64,000 nt of DNA from a virus (taxonomy: Duplodnaviria > Caudoviricetes), in IMG/VR virus record IMGVR_UViG_3300003320_000620, positions 1 to 64,000 of that record. The stretch is one strand, 5' to 3'. Of this stretch, positions 47,801-55,607 are shown in pieces. Each line of letters begins with the position of its first letter. Position 1 is the stretch's first letter. Below the pieces are notes generated by a model. That model was not told where the DNA came from. It saw nothing but the letters and a program-made list of their open reading frames with translations, and made no database searches. Both the position numbers and the translations under genes were made by a program.

Positions 47801-48555
47801 AGATATGTTCTGAACTCTACAGGAATGTAGAGAAGTTGGCAGAAATGACCAACTCGGCTAATGTACTTATCACTTATAAGTATGTCAAGTCGGTAACAGA
47901 TTGCAATACGAAGTACATCCACTGGCGCCCTCATAGCCGCCGCAACATGGTCCCTCTTGATCCAGACCGCTTCTCGGTTAATAGTTGGCCGCATGCAAAG
48001 GCGACTTTGCATTGAAAATTGGGTGAATTGCTGGAACACCCCACTGGGGCAATCAGCAGCCAAGCTGCTTAGGAATAAGCAGAAGGTTCAACGACTAGGT
48101 AGAGTAATCCAGACCGGACGAAATACCCACGAGCGCCCAACACCTCTAGTAGGTGAAGATATAGTCTGAACTGTGCAGCAATGTGCAGAAGTGGCAAATA
48201 AAGAGTTGTCACGGTAACAAAAATGCAACCAAGACGCGATGGTAAGATTGATAGGATGGGCTGGGAATATGACCCTGAGCAATGCGTTAACTGAGAAGCG
48301 CCCTCAATATCTAAATTGAGGAAAACTGGGTGAAACGGAGAAAACCCTTATGGGGCAACTCCGTAGGAAGCTGGCAAGGGCATGGTTTGCCAGAACCTCT
48401 AGAGACTAGGTCCTGAGTCCCAACAATAATGGACCCACGAGCGCCCGGCACCGAAAGGTGATGAAATAGTCCGATCTGTGTAGCAATACGCAGAAGTGCA
48501 GGATAAAGAGCTTGCACGGTAACAGAATGTTCTTCAGGGGATCTTAGTGTCGTAA
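44871..48555 (+). CDS. Major capsid protein, 7 exons, 343 aa after splicing
   Basis: Exons: 44871-44987, 45883-45926, 46185-46393, 46649-47147, 47904-47978, 48226-48287, 48530-48555 (1032 nt, one open frame). Junctions read TKRG|NLKTFSGGRTIVQEL|NYANN...AEDTF|MNGLSQG...MYFL|NTKYIHW...DRFSV|NQDAMVRLIGWAGNMTLSNAF|LQGILVS. AAAGGAG SD upstream. Confidence 0.9.
44988..45882 (+). mobile_element. Group I intron 1 (895 nt) with GIY-YIG ORF
   Basis: Exon ends in U and intron ends in G. IGS AGGTT|GCCACG pairs with both exons (U.G at the splice site). Core motifs GAATTCGGTGAA, CCGAGCCAAG, AGAGACTAG and GATAGTCC. Confidence 0.9.
45158..45874 (+). CDS. Intron-encoded GIY-YIG homing endonuclease
   Basis: GIYVIECVPTGRVYVGSS...RIKSH...EQEWI...FN; its 3' end overlaps the intron core. 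Confidence 0.9.
   Translation: MDEVPGIYVIECVPTGRVYVGSSVKPLARIKSHKNLLSKGTHRNVHLQRAWGLHGSNSFTFTVVQQCVAEERFKVEQEWITKLQATGKNGFNIAFPVEQVLPSERMSQVSRTSWKDKKTRKNRHAGILTKWQDDAFRERKLRDGLKAREALAKKRLDPEWRARISEKTSKTMKERAKTEEGLKALRVASKIAHMRRENDPEFKAKCEAGLKYSSTNKEIVRPAANKEAAEVMDKEPSR
45927..46184 (+). mobile_element. Group I intron 2 (258 nt, no ORF)
   Basis: U|...G| boundaries, P1 GAGCU/GGCUC, core GGTGAATTCGG, CCGAGCCAAG, TGTAACGA, GAAGATATG. Confidence 0.85.
46394..46648 (+). mobile_element. Group I intron 3 (255 nt, no ORF)
   Basis: U|...G| boundaries, IGS TGA|GGG; core nearly identical to intron 2. Confidence 0.85.
47148..47903 (+). mobile_element. Group I intron 4 (756 nt) with antisense LAGLIDADG ORF
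   Basis: U|...G| boundaries; the core at about 47670-47903 is similar to introns 2 and 3. Confidence 0.85.
47185..47646 (-). CDS. Single-motif LAGLIDADG homing endonuclease, antisense within intron 4
   Basis: YVAGLFDGEGF motif, VKREEVDLVL and LKKR C-terminus typical of the family; GGAG SD on the minus strand. Confidence 0.9.
   Translation of the reverse strand: MDDRYVAGLFDGEGFARIFKKVRKGHVGYYPAVGIGMTHYPIIKMLYDEFGGHLNQNRHDLRNPKNRIQFCWGIHNQGVAPFLRRIQPYVIVKREEVDLVLALRDHIDQHPYNFPGRGDGSNRKDRDLILAYREELYLKCKALKKRSYPPLTD
47979..48225 (+). mobile_element. Group I intron 5 (247 nt, no ORF)
   Basis: IGS TTG|GCCG pairs with exon CGGU and with 3' exon CAA; AACGACTAG and GAAGATATAGTC. Confidence 0.9.
48288..48529 (+). 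mobile_element. Group I intron 6 (242 nt, no ORF)
   Basis: IGS GAA|GCGC pairs with exon GCGU and with 3' exon TTC; AGAGACTAG and GAAATAGTCC. Confidence 0.9.
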
Positions 48556-48601
48556 AGACACCAACAAATGTTTTTACTCCGTTAGTGAAGCCTATTATGT
48601 A

Positions 48602-49720
48602 TTGGGCCTAATCACTAACGGAGTAAAACTTACAATGGCTGGATCAGGCATTTATGCCATAGTTTGCATACCAACAAACCAGCGCTATGTTGGATATGCT
48701 GTAAATTGGGAGAAACGAACGAAAAGTCACTTTTCAAAACTTGAGCGCGGTGTTCATAAAAACAAGAAACTTCAAGATGCTTGGTTTTTACATGGTGAAA
48801 ATAATTTCAAGTTTGAGTTGTTGGAATTGTGCCCAATAAAGGATTTGGTGCATAGAGAGTATTGGTGGATTAAACATTTCAACTCCGTTGAAAATGGTTT
48901 CAATAACTTACGATCTGGTTGCTTTTCTAATACTTCGCATGGAATGTCTGGCACGCCAACATTCAAATCTTGGGAATCAATGCTTCAGCGCTGCAATAAT
49001 CCAAACTCACCAGATTATCCAAAATGGGGTGGTTGTGGTATTAAGGTTCATGAAAGCTGGTTTGAGTTTTCTAAATTTTATGCTGATATGGGTGAGAGAC
49101 CGCCAGGAACCTCAATAGATAGGCATCCAAACAAGTTTGGAAATTATGAACCTGGGAATTGCCGTTGGGCAACTGGCTCAGAACAACAGAAAAACAAAAG
49201 CAACACATTGTTTATAACGCATAATGGAATATGCAAACCCCTTGTTGAATGGGCTGACGAAAAGGGAATGCCTCGAGACCTTTTACGTAGGCGTTATCAT
49301 GCAGGAATGCTTGGTGATGAACTTTTCGCTCCATCCTACAGCCGTTATAAAGGTGACGTTAACGGCGTTAAGAGAAAGAGGGTTGAGACTAGGCATAACT
49401 TGCATAAATTTGAATATAAAGGAAAAATGCGTTCAATTACAGAAATAGCGGAGCTAGCAGGGATTAAGCGCTCGAGGTTGAAACAACGCTTGGTTAGAGA
49501 CAAAATGAGCCTCGAGGTAGCGTTAAGTGAAAATGCTTTGCCTAGGGGGAAAGCCGGGCCTAGAAATGGTAGGGTTATGTTAACTGCCTTTGGCAAGACA
49601 CAATCAATAAGTCGATGGGCTGAACAATACCACATGGCACTTTCAACCTTAAGGAATAGAATTTTTAGATCTGGCATGAAACTAGAGGATGCCTTAACAC
49701 TGAACAAGTCCACATCGTGA
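48602..49720 (+). CDS. Free-standing homing-endonuclease-like protein with GIY-YIG and HNH-type domains
   Basis: GIYAIVCIPTNQRYVG (GIY-YIG), then SWESMLQRC...SIDRHPNKFGNYEPGNCRWAT (HNH-like), then repeated small DNA-binding units. Confidence 0.85.
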   Translation: MGLITNGVKLTMAGSGIYAIVCIPTNQRYVGYAVNWEKRTKSHFSKLERGVHKNKKLQDAWFLHGENNFKFELLELCPIKDLVHREYWWIKHFNSVENGFNNLRSGCFSNTSHGMSGTPTFKSWESMLQRCNNPNSPDYPKWGGCGIKVHESWFEFSKFYADMGERPPGTSIDRHPNKFGNYEPGNCRWATGSEQQKNKSNTLFITHNGICKPLVEWADEKGMPRDLLRRRYHAGMLGDELFAPSYSRYKGDVNGVKRKRVETRHNLHKFEYKGKMRSITEIAELAGIKRSRLKQRLVRDKMSLEVALSENALPRGKAGPRNGRVMLTAFGKTQSISRWAEQYHMALSTLRNRIFRSGMKLEDALTLNKSTS

Positions 49721-49834
49721 CTTGACCACTTACATCTTTCTGCTAAATTCCACGTGCTCAAGCTTGGAAACCAATTCTTGCTGCGGCACCGTTGAACTGG
49801 CGTAAAAAATCGACATTCAATCAAAAGGTGCCAT

Positions 49835-50506
49835 ATGGCTCAGCCTGTCTTCTATCAAACCGTAAATAACGTGGGCGTAGACCCTACTGTCTACTACGCC
49901 GTTTCGGCGTCTGTGACGCCTGAATACCCCGCACCACCGTTTCTTGTTGGTACCCGTGCCTTCGGAAGTGATGGTTCTGAGTTTGTCTTCGTTCAAGCTT
50001 CTACTACCATTAACCCTACTGACTTTGTAATGCTTAATATGGGTTCTACTGGTGGTGGTTCCTATCAGGCAAACTCCATAACCAATACGAACGTAGTAAG
50101 TTCTTTGGGGGTTGGACTTGCCTCTACCGGCCTTGTTCTGCGTCAATCAGTGACGTACATCCCTGCAGGTGCGTACTTTTGGGCGTGCACGAAAGGCCAA
50201 TATCTGCCTGCTACTACCTCTGCTGGCTTGGCCAGCAACGCTGGTGGTGTTGCTCTCTATACGTCGGCCACTGCCGGTGTGCTAACTTCGGTCACAACCA
50301 GCTCTTCTACAGCAGCTGCTCTTGCAGGCATCATCTGCATCAACTCACTGACGGTTAGCATTCCGTCATCTATTGTACCCGGTGCTGGTGCTACAGCGTC
50401 CAATGGCTACACGGTTGGCCCAGTTGTCAACCTTAACAGCCCCCGAACCATAGTGCTGACGTCCTTGACGTTTGCTACTCTGTCCTTACCTGTGTTTTCG
50501 TTCTAA
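49835..50506 (+). CDS. Capsid decoration/cement protein (probable)
   Basis: Follows the capsid gene; GTRAFGSDGSEFVFVQA pattern; S/T/A/G-rich. Confidence 0.65.
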   Translation: MAQPVFYQTVNNVGVDPTVYYAVSASVTPEYPAPPFLVGTRAFGSDGSEFVFVQASTTINPTDFVMLNMGSTGGGSYQANSITNTNVVSSLGVGLASTGLVLRQSVTYIPAGAYFWACTKGQYLPATTSAGLASNAGGVALYTSATAGVLTSVTTSSSTAAALAGIICINSLTVSIPSSIVPGAGATASNGYTVGPVVNLNSPRTIVLTSLTFATLSLPVFSF

Positions 50507-50515
50507 ACACGACGA

Positions 50516-50539
50516 AGGGAAGGGAGAAATCCCTTCCCT
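50516..50539 (+). terminator. Hairpin after the head genes
   Basis: AGGGAAGGGA-GAAA-TCCCTTCCCT; the U-tract is weak. Confidence 0.55.
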
Positions 50540-50580
50540 CTAACAAGAGGGAAAAATGGCTGCTGCTATCTGGATAAGGG

Positions 50581-51525
50581 GTGGTAATTGAAATGGTTGC
50601 TGAAGTACCAAATCTTTATGCTGGTGAGTCGGCAAATCTTCCTCCAATAACCGTTTATGATGAAACTGGTGAAGATCCAGTTAAGCATCCAATAAAATTT
50701 AAGCTGAAAAGGCCAGATGGAGCTGATGGTGTTGAGAGGGATCAAACGCATGATGCTGCAAGTCACATGCGTTATGCAGCCACGCTCGGCTTACCAGAAC
50801 TAACCAAGCGTCAAGTTCCACGGTTAGGAAGGGCTGTAATTGTTGGAGGTGGCCCTTCCATAAAAGGTGAGATTGAAACAATACGATCTTTAGCTGCCGA
50901 TAAGAACAATGCTGTTTTTGCAGTAAATTGGACGCACACGTGGTTGTTACAAAACGGCATAACGCCTAGGGGATGCGTCTTTTTTGAAATAGACGCAGAG
51001 CCTGACACTGTTCTGGAATCGGCTCATCCAGATGTTACCTATTTCATCTGTTCCCACTGTCACGAAAAAACATTCGACATGCTTGCAGGAAAAAAGCGTG
51101 TCTTATGGCACTCACCACCAAATTCTGATCCTGAAAGGGTGGTCGCTGAGGAACTGTTTCAAAGTTCTGAGCATGTAGGTGGAGGGATCAGCACCTTCAC
51201 ACGCACAATGTCCATTGCTCTGTACCTCGGGTACAGGCATTTTGACCTTTTTGGTTGTGACAGTAGCTTTCCTGAAGAAGAGGGAACTCATGTTGACGGC
51301 TACCAGACTGTTATGGATGCAAAAGTGGATGGGATGTTTGTTTACGCTAGGTCCCTCACCACTGGGCAGGTAAGACGTTTTAGAACTTTGGGGTATCTAG
51401 CTCTTCAGGCAGAAGAGTTCAAAATCTATTGTGAGCAGAACCATCAACACTTTTCATTAAGAGTCTATGGGGATACCTTGCTTCGTTATATTCACAAAGA
51501 AACTTACCCAGATCAATATGAGTGA
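50581..51525 (+). CDS. Maf-type (DUF115/MptE-like) glycosyltransferase 1
   Basis: AVIVGGGPSI, VFAVN...LLQNGITP and ALYLGYRHFDLFGCDSSF match the Maf/DUF115 signature. Confidence 0.75.
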   Translation: MVIEMVAEVPNLYAGESANLPPITVYDETGEDPVKHPIKFKLKRPDGADGVERDQTHDAASHMRYAATLGLPELTKRQVPRLGRAVIVGGGPSIKGEIETIRSLAADKNNAVFAVNWTHTWLLQNGITPRGCVFFEIDAEPDTVLESAHPDVTYFICSHCHEKTFDMLAGKKRVLWHSPPNSDPERVVAEELFQSSEHVGGGISTFTRTMSIALYLGYRHFDLFGCDSSFPEEEGTHVDGYQTVMDAKVDGMFVYARSLTTGQVRRFRTLGYLALQAEEFKIYCEQNHQHFSLRVYGDTLLRYIHKETYPDQYE

Positions 51526-52342
51526 AGTTCAGCCTGTAAGATTCTTTAAGATAAATGCAGCATCCAAATTACCAGACGATATATTTGACAATCTGGTTGC
51601 TGCATCAAAACTTCCAATTTTGCATCTTAGGCAATTTCCCGAACACTCAGGAAGGGCTGTAATTGTTGGCGGTGCCCCCAGCGTTGAAAAATATTATCCA
51701 CGCATTTGGCAGCTTATGGCCAACAAGAAGAAAAGCACGCTCTTCTCAATAAATTGCATGCACCGTTGGCTTGTTGAGCGTAATCTAAGGCCCAATATCC
51801 ATGTTGTCTTTGAAGAGGATATTGATCCTACTGTTGTGATAGGGAAGCCGTGCCATAAGACAGCTTACTACATAAGCTCACACTGTCCTCCAAAGCTTTT
51901 TGACTACTTCAAGGGGCACAAAACCGTACTTTGGCATTTCTATGCTGAGGAGCTTAAGTACCAGTCAGCCATAGCTGCCTTATTTCCAAGTGAGCCGATG
52001 ATTGCTGGTGGCTACACCACGCTTTTTCGCGCCATAAACATAGCTATTGTGCTGGGCTACAGGAAATTTGATCTTTTTGGAGTTGATAGTTCCTTTGAAA
52101 ATGATGATAATCAGCACATAGAGGGATACCCTACAAAGCCAAGCAACGTAGGTTTGGCTGATGTGTGGTGGGGCGAGCGTAAGTTTAGAACTACTGGCGC
52201 GCTTGCGTTTCAGGCCGAGATGATTCGGCGCTTTTGTAAAGAAAACAGAGGTAAAATTCAATTCAGCGTATATGGCAGTGGATTGCTGCCGTACATGCTC
52301 GAAACTGAACCAAAGGAGGTTCAAAGTGAATCTAGCAAGTAA
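51517..52342 (+). CDS. Maf-type (DUF115/MptE-like) glycosyltransferase 2
   Basis: AVIVGGAPSV, LFSIN..H.WL and AIVLGYRKFDLFGVDSSF; paralog of the upstream gene. Likely start MSEVQP. Confidence 0.75.
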
Positions 52343-52721
52343 CCTTATGGGCTTCGGCATGCCGCCGTTGCTGGCTCAGGAAATTGGGACCGTAGGCTCC
52401 CTAACCATTACTGCAGCTGGCACTTCGTATACCGCATCTACCAAAATTGGTGCGAACCAGTATGTCGTAAGCTGCAGTAATGGTGACAGCACCAAATCTG
52501 TCGGCTTGCCGACAATTGGTGGTGACAGTGGCGCATCGCCTGCTGATGACTTTTGGATCAACAACGCAGGTACCGATTCTTTCGTTCTGCGTGCCTCAAC
52601 TGGTGTTCTGCTCAGTGCAGGTGGCACTTCCGGTGACAGCAAGATTGTTATTGGCCCAGGCAGCACAATTCTTATGATGCCGGTGTCCTCTACACTTTGG
52701 ATGGGTTGCAAAGGCGGCTAA
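52326..52721 (+). CDS. Small virion structural protein (probable)
   Basis: GTG start after GGAGG (MNLASNLMGFGMPPLLA); G/S/T-rich beta protein. Confidence 0.6.
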   Translation: MNLASNLMGFGMPPLLAQEIGTVGSLTITAAGTSYTASTKIGANQYVVSCSNGDSTKSVGLPTIGGDSGASPADDFWINNAGTDSFVLRASTGVLLSAGGTSGDSKIVIGPGSTILMMPVSSTLWMGCKGG

Positions 52722-52739
52722 GAGCTTGCAGGCGGTGGG

Positions 52740-53630
52740 GTGTGCGTGCTTAAGTTCCTTCACTCCAGTCAAACAGCCCAGTGGCGATCTTACCTATTCA
52801 GATTGCCGCCTGGGCTGTTAGACATTCACTTCTACCCTGAAATGGTGATGCCCTATGAGAAGGCCGGAATGGGTCAGGGCATGCTCGCTGTCATAGATCA
52901 GGGCAGAGATTTCTTAATTCAGCCTTTTTTGCAGCTAAATAATGGCGATGGAAACCTTCGCCATCCGTACAATTTTGGCGGACCTATAGCCACAGAAGAG
53001 TTTGAGCTTAAGAAAGTAAACGTAAATTCAATCTCTACTTTCAACCCATTTCTTTGGGTAAGACAACAACAGCTTGTCAAGCACAGAGCTGTACACATAA
53101 AGAACGTTGTTTGGATTGATCTAACAAAGCCCTTAGATTTAAGGCAGACAACAAGGCATTCAGTTGAAAAGGCTGAGGCGTCTGGAGTCACTGTAGAATT
53201 GGTTGAACCAACCAGCGAAAACATCGAGGTTTTCTCACGTCTTTACGTCGAACATATGCAAGCAGTGGATGCTGCAGAGCATTTTAGGTTTCCTAAGGTG
53301 TGGTTTGAGGCTTTTTTCAGCAGTCTAGGTAAGTCAATGTCATCTTTACTGTTTGCAAAGCATAAGGATGAAGTTGTAGGGGCCTGCATTCTGTTGCATG
53401 ACGACAACACCTGTTACTACCACTTCGCTGTCAGCAAAAGAACCCCTGTAGGCATTGCCGCACGTATGGTTGTCAGTGCAGTTGGTTTTGCTAAGGAAAA
53501 AAATCACTGCAGGCGTTTGCATCTAGGCGGCGGGGTTGAACCAACAGACGGTCTCTACAGGTTCAAAGCTGGATTCTCTGACCTGAGGGCGCCTGTCTTC
53601 AGACATGAGTGCAAAAGAAATGTCAATTGA
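52740..53630 (+). CDS. GNAT acyltransferase, FemAB-like
   Basis: YNFGGP, YYHFA and LHLGGG...LYRFKAGF motifs. Confidence 0.8.
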   Translation: MCVLKFLHSSQTAQWRSYLFRLPPGLLDIHFYPEMVMPYEKAGMGQGMLAVIDQGRDFLIQPFLQLNNGDGNLRHPYNFGGPIATEEFELKKVNVNSISTFNPFLWVRQQQLVKHRAVHIKNVVWIDLTKPLDLRQTTRHSVEKAEASGVTVELVEPTSENIEVFSRLYVEHMQAVDAAEHFRFPKVWFEAFFSSLGKSMSSLLFAKHKDEVVGACILLHDDNTCYYHFAVSKRTPVGIAARMVVSAVGFAKEKNHCRRLHLGGGVEPTDGLYRFKAGFSDLRAPVFRHECKRNVN

Positions 53631-54435
53631 AATCATCAGCGAAGCAGGTTTGAACCATCTAGGTAAATTGGATATTGCCAAACAGATGGTAGTGGCTGCT
53701 AAAGCAGCAGGCTCAGATATAGTAAAGTTCCAGACTTATTTAGCTAATAACATCTGCCATCCTGAAGATAGAAACTTCAAACTGCTTTGTGACCTCGCCC
53801 TATCAAGGGCAGAAACTATTCAATTGGCTAAATTCTGCGAAGGCACTGACATAGAATTTATGTCAACCCCAGGGGATGTAGATAGCCTTAAGTTTCTGAC
53901 GCAGGAAGTTGGGGTAAAAAGGATAAAGATAGGTTCTGATGACCTGACGTTCACACCTTTGCTTGTGGCAGCATCTGACAGCGGCCTTCCAATAATTCTC
54001 AGTACAGGAATGGCCAATATTGAAGAGATTGGGGGGGCGATTGCCGTTATTGGTGGGGTGGAGCTGACGCTTTTACACTGTGTCAGCCTCTACCCCTGCC
54101 ATTATTCTTTGGCCAATCTCAATGCAATTGACACACTACGTCAATTTGAGCTTCCTGTTGGCTATTCAGACCATGTACCAGGGTTCTGGGCTTGTGTTGC
54201 CGCAGTTTCTAAAGGCGTCACAGTCATAGAGAAACATTTCAAGCTGCGAAATGTGATTGGTTGTGTTGACGAGGTAGTTTCAATAAACGAACTTGAGCTA
54301 ATGAACATGATCAATCATATAAGAATGACCGAAGAAATGCTTGGAACTGGTAACAAAGAACCTTCTCCTGAGGAGGTCTTAAATATAAACAAGTTGCGTA
54401 AGCAGGCTGACGGGAAAAGAGGTATTCAGAAATGA
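53605..54435 (+). CDS. neuB: Nonulosonic acid synthase (NeuB/LegI/PseI family), lacking the C-terminal AFP-like domain
   Basis: ISEAGLNHLG, VKFQT, KIGSDD, ILSTGMA, LLHCVSLYP, GYSDH and IEKHF. Confidence 0.95.
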   Translation: MSAKEMSIEIISEAGLNHLGKLDIAKQMVVAAKAAGSDIVKFQTYLANNICHPEDRNFKLLCDLALSRAETIQLAKFCEGTDIEFMSTPGDVDSLKFLTQEVGVKRIKIGSDDLTFTPLLVAASDSGLPIILSTGMANIEEIGGAIAVIGGVELTLLHCVSLYPCHYSLANLNAIDTLRQFELPVGYSDHVPGFWACVAAVSKGVTVIEKHFKLRNVIGCVDEVVSINELELMNMINHIRMTEEMLGTGNKEPSPEEVLNINKLRKQADGKRGIQK

Positions 54436-55064
54436 CGGTTATGGGTTTGATCCCTGCACGCTATGGGTCTCAAAGGATTCCACGCAAAAACATCGCTGAC
54501 CTTGGCGGTATTCCGTTAATCCAGTGGACAATTAATGCTGCTAAAGCAAGTGGTATCTTTGATGTCTTAGCAATTAGCACTGACGACAGTGAAGTTGCTG
54601 AAATTGCGAAGCTAAACAACTGCCTGCTCATAGAACGGCCAAAGGAACTGGCTAGAGCTGAAACTGAGATGCTGCCAGTTGTCAAACATGCTAGAAAAGC
54701 TGTTCCTTTGGCTGAAGCAATAGTGCTTCTTCAGCCTACTTCGCCATTTAGAACAGCAGAAGATGTAAAGCTTTCCTACCAACAACTAAAAACCTATAAG
54801 GCAGATTCAATAGTGTCTGTTGTGTCTGCGCCTCAGGCTTTAGCCTTTGAGGTAGGCCACGCCCAAAGGCTCCGTGAAGCTAAGAACATTGTGGTGCCAA
54901 ACGGCGCCCTCTACCTGATAACCACAGAACATCTGGATTCTGGCGGCGATTGGTATGATGGCTATGCCTATGCGTATGTAATGCCAAAGGAACGTTCAAT
55001 TGATATTGACGTTCATTTCGATCTAGAAATGGCTAGATTGATGTTGGCACAGAGGGCTGCATGA
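54432..55064 (+). CDS. neuA: CMP-nonulosonate synthetase (NeuA/LegF family)
   Basis: LIPARYGSQRIPRKN, STDD, LLQPTSPFR, NGALY and SIDID. Confidence 0.95.
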   Translation: MTVMGLIPARYGSQRIPRKNIADLGGIPLIQWTINAAKASGIFDVLAISTDDSEVAEIAKLNNCLLIERPKELARAETEMLPVVKHARKAVPLAEAIVLLQPTSPFRTAEDVKLSYQQLKTYKADSIVSVVSAPQALAFEVGHAQRLREAKNIVVPNGALYLITTEHLDSGGDWYDGYAYAYVMPKERSIDIDVHFDLEMARLMLAQRAA

Positions 55065-55606
55065 GAGTTCTTGTAGCTTGTGAATTTAGTGGAAGAGTTA
55101 GAGATGCTTTTATAGCAAGAGGACATGAAGCCGTATCATGTGACTTACTACCTTCAGAATCTGAAGGCCCGCATTACCAGTGTGATGTAAGAGACGTTTT
55201 AGATGAGAAATGGGATTTGATGATTTGTCATCCACCATGCACTTATTTGGCTGTTTCGGGAGCGAGGTGGTTTAAGTTTAGGCAAGATGAGCAATGTCGG
55301 GCTCTGGACTTTGTGAAGTTGTTACTGACTGCAAAAGTTGAAAAAATTGCCCTAGAAAACCCAATATCAATTATCTCTACAAGGATAAGAAAGCCAGATC
55401 AAATAGTACATCCGTGGATGTTTGGGCATGGTGAAACTAAAGCGACTTGCCTTTGGTTGAAGAATTTACCCTTGTTAAGGCCGACAAAAGTAGTTTCCGG
55501 CAGAGAACAAAAAGTTCATAGGATGCCCCCAAGTAAAGAACGGTGGAAGGATCGTTCAAGAACGTATGCTGGAATAGCTGAAGCTATGAGCATTCAATGG
55601 GGATAG
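55061..55606 (+). CDS. Short phage-type DNA C5-cytosine methyltransferase-like protein
   Basis: VLVACEFSG (SAM-binding), HPPCT (catalytic PC), ALENP and RSRTYAGIAEAM..QWG. Confidence 0.8.
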   Translation: MRVLVACEFSGRVRDAFIARGHEAVSCDLLPSESEGPHYQCDVRDVLDEKWDLMICHPPCTYLAVSGARWFKFRQDEQCRALDFVKLLLTAKVEKIALENPISIISTRIRKPDQIVHPWMFGHGETKATCLWLKNLPLLRPTKVVSGREQKVHRMPPSKERWKDRSRTYAGIAEAMSIQWG

Positions 55607-55607
55607 C

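Noticed and set aside
44988-48529. Group II introns, inteins or a decayed capsid pseudogene
   Set aside because: No GUGYG/AY ends and no reverse transcriptase. The inserts contain stops in all frames, and U|...G| junctions with IGS pairing restore a clean reading frame.
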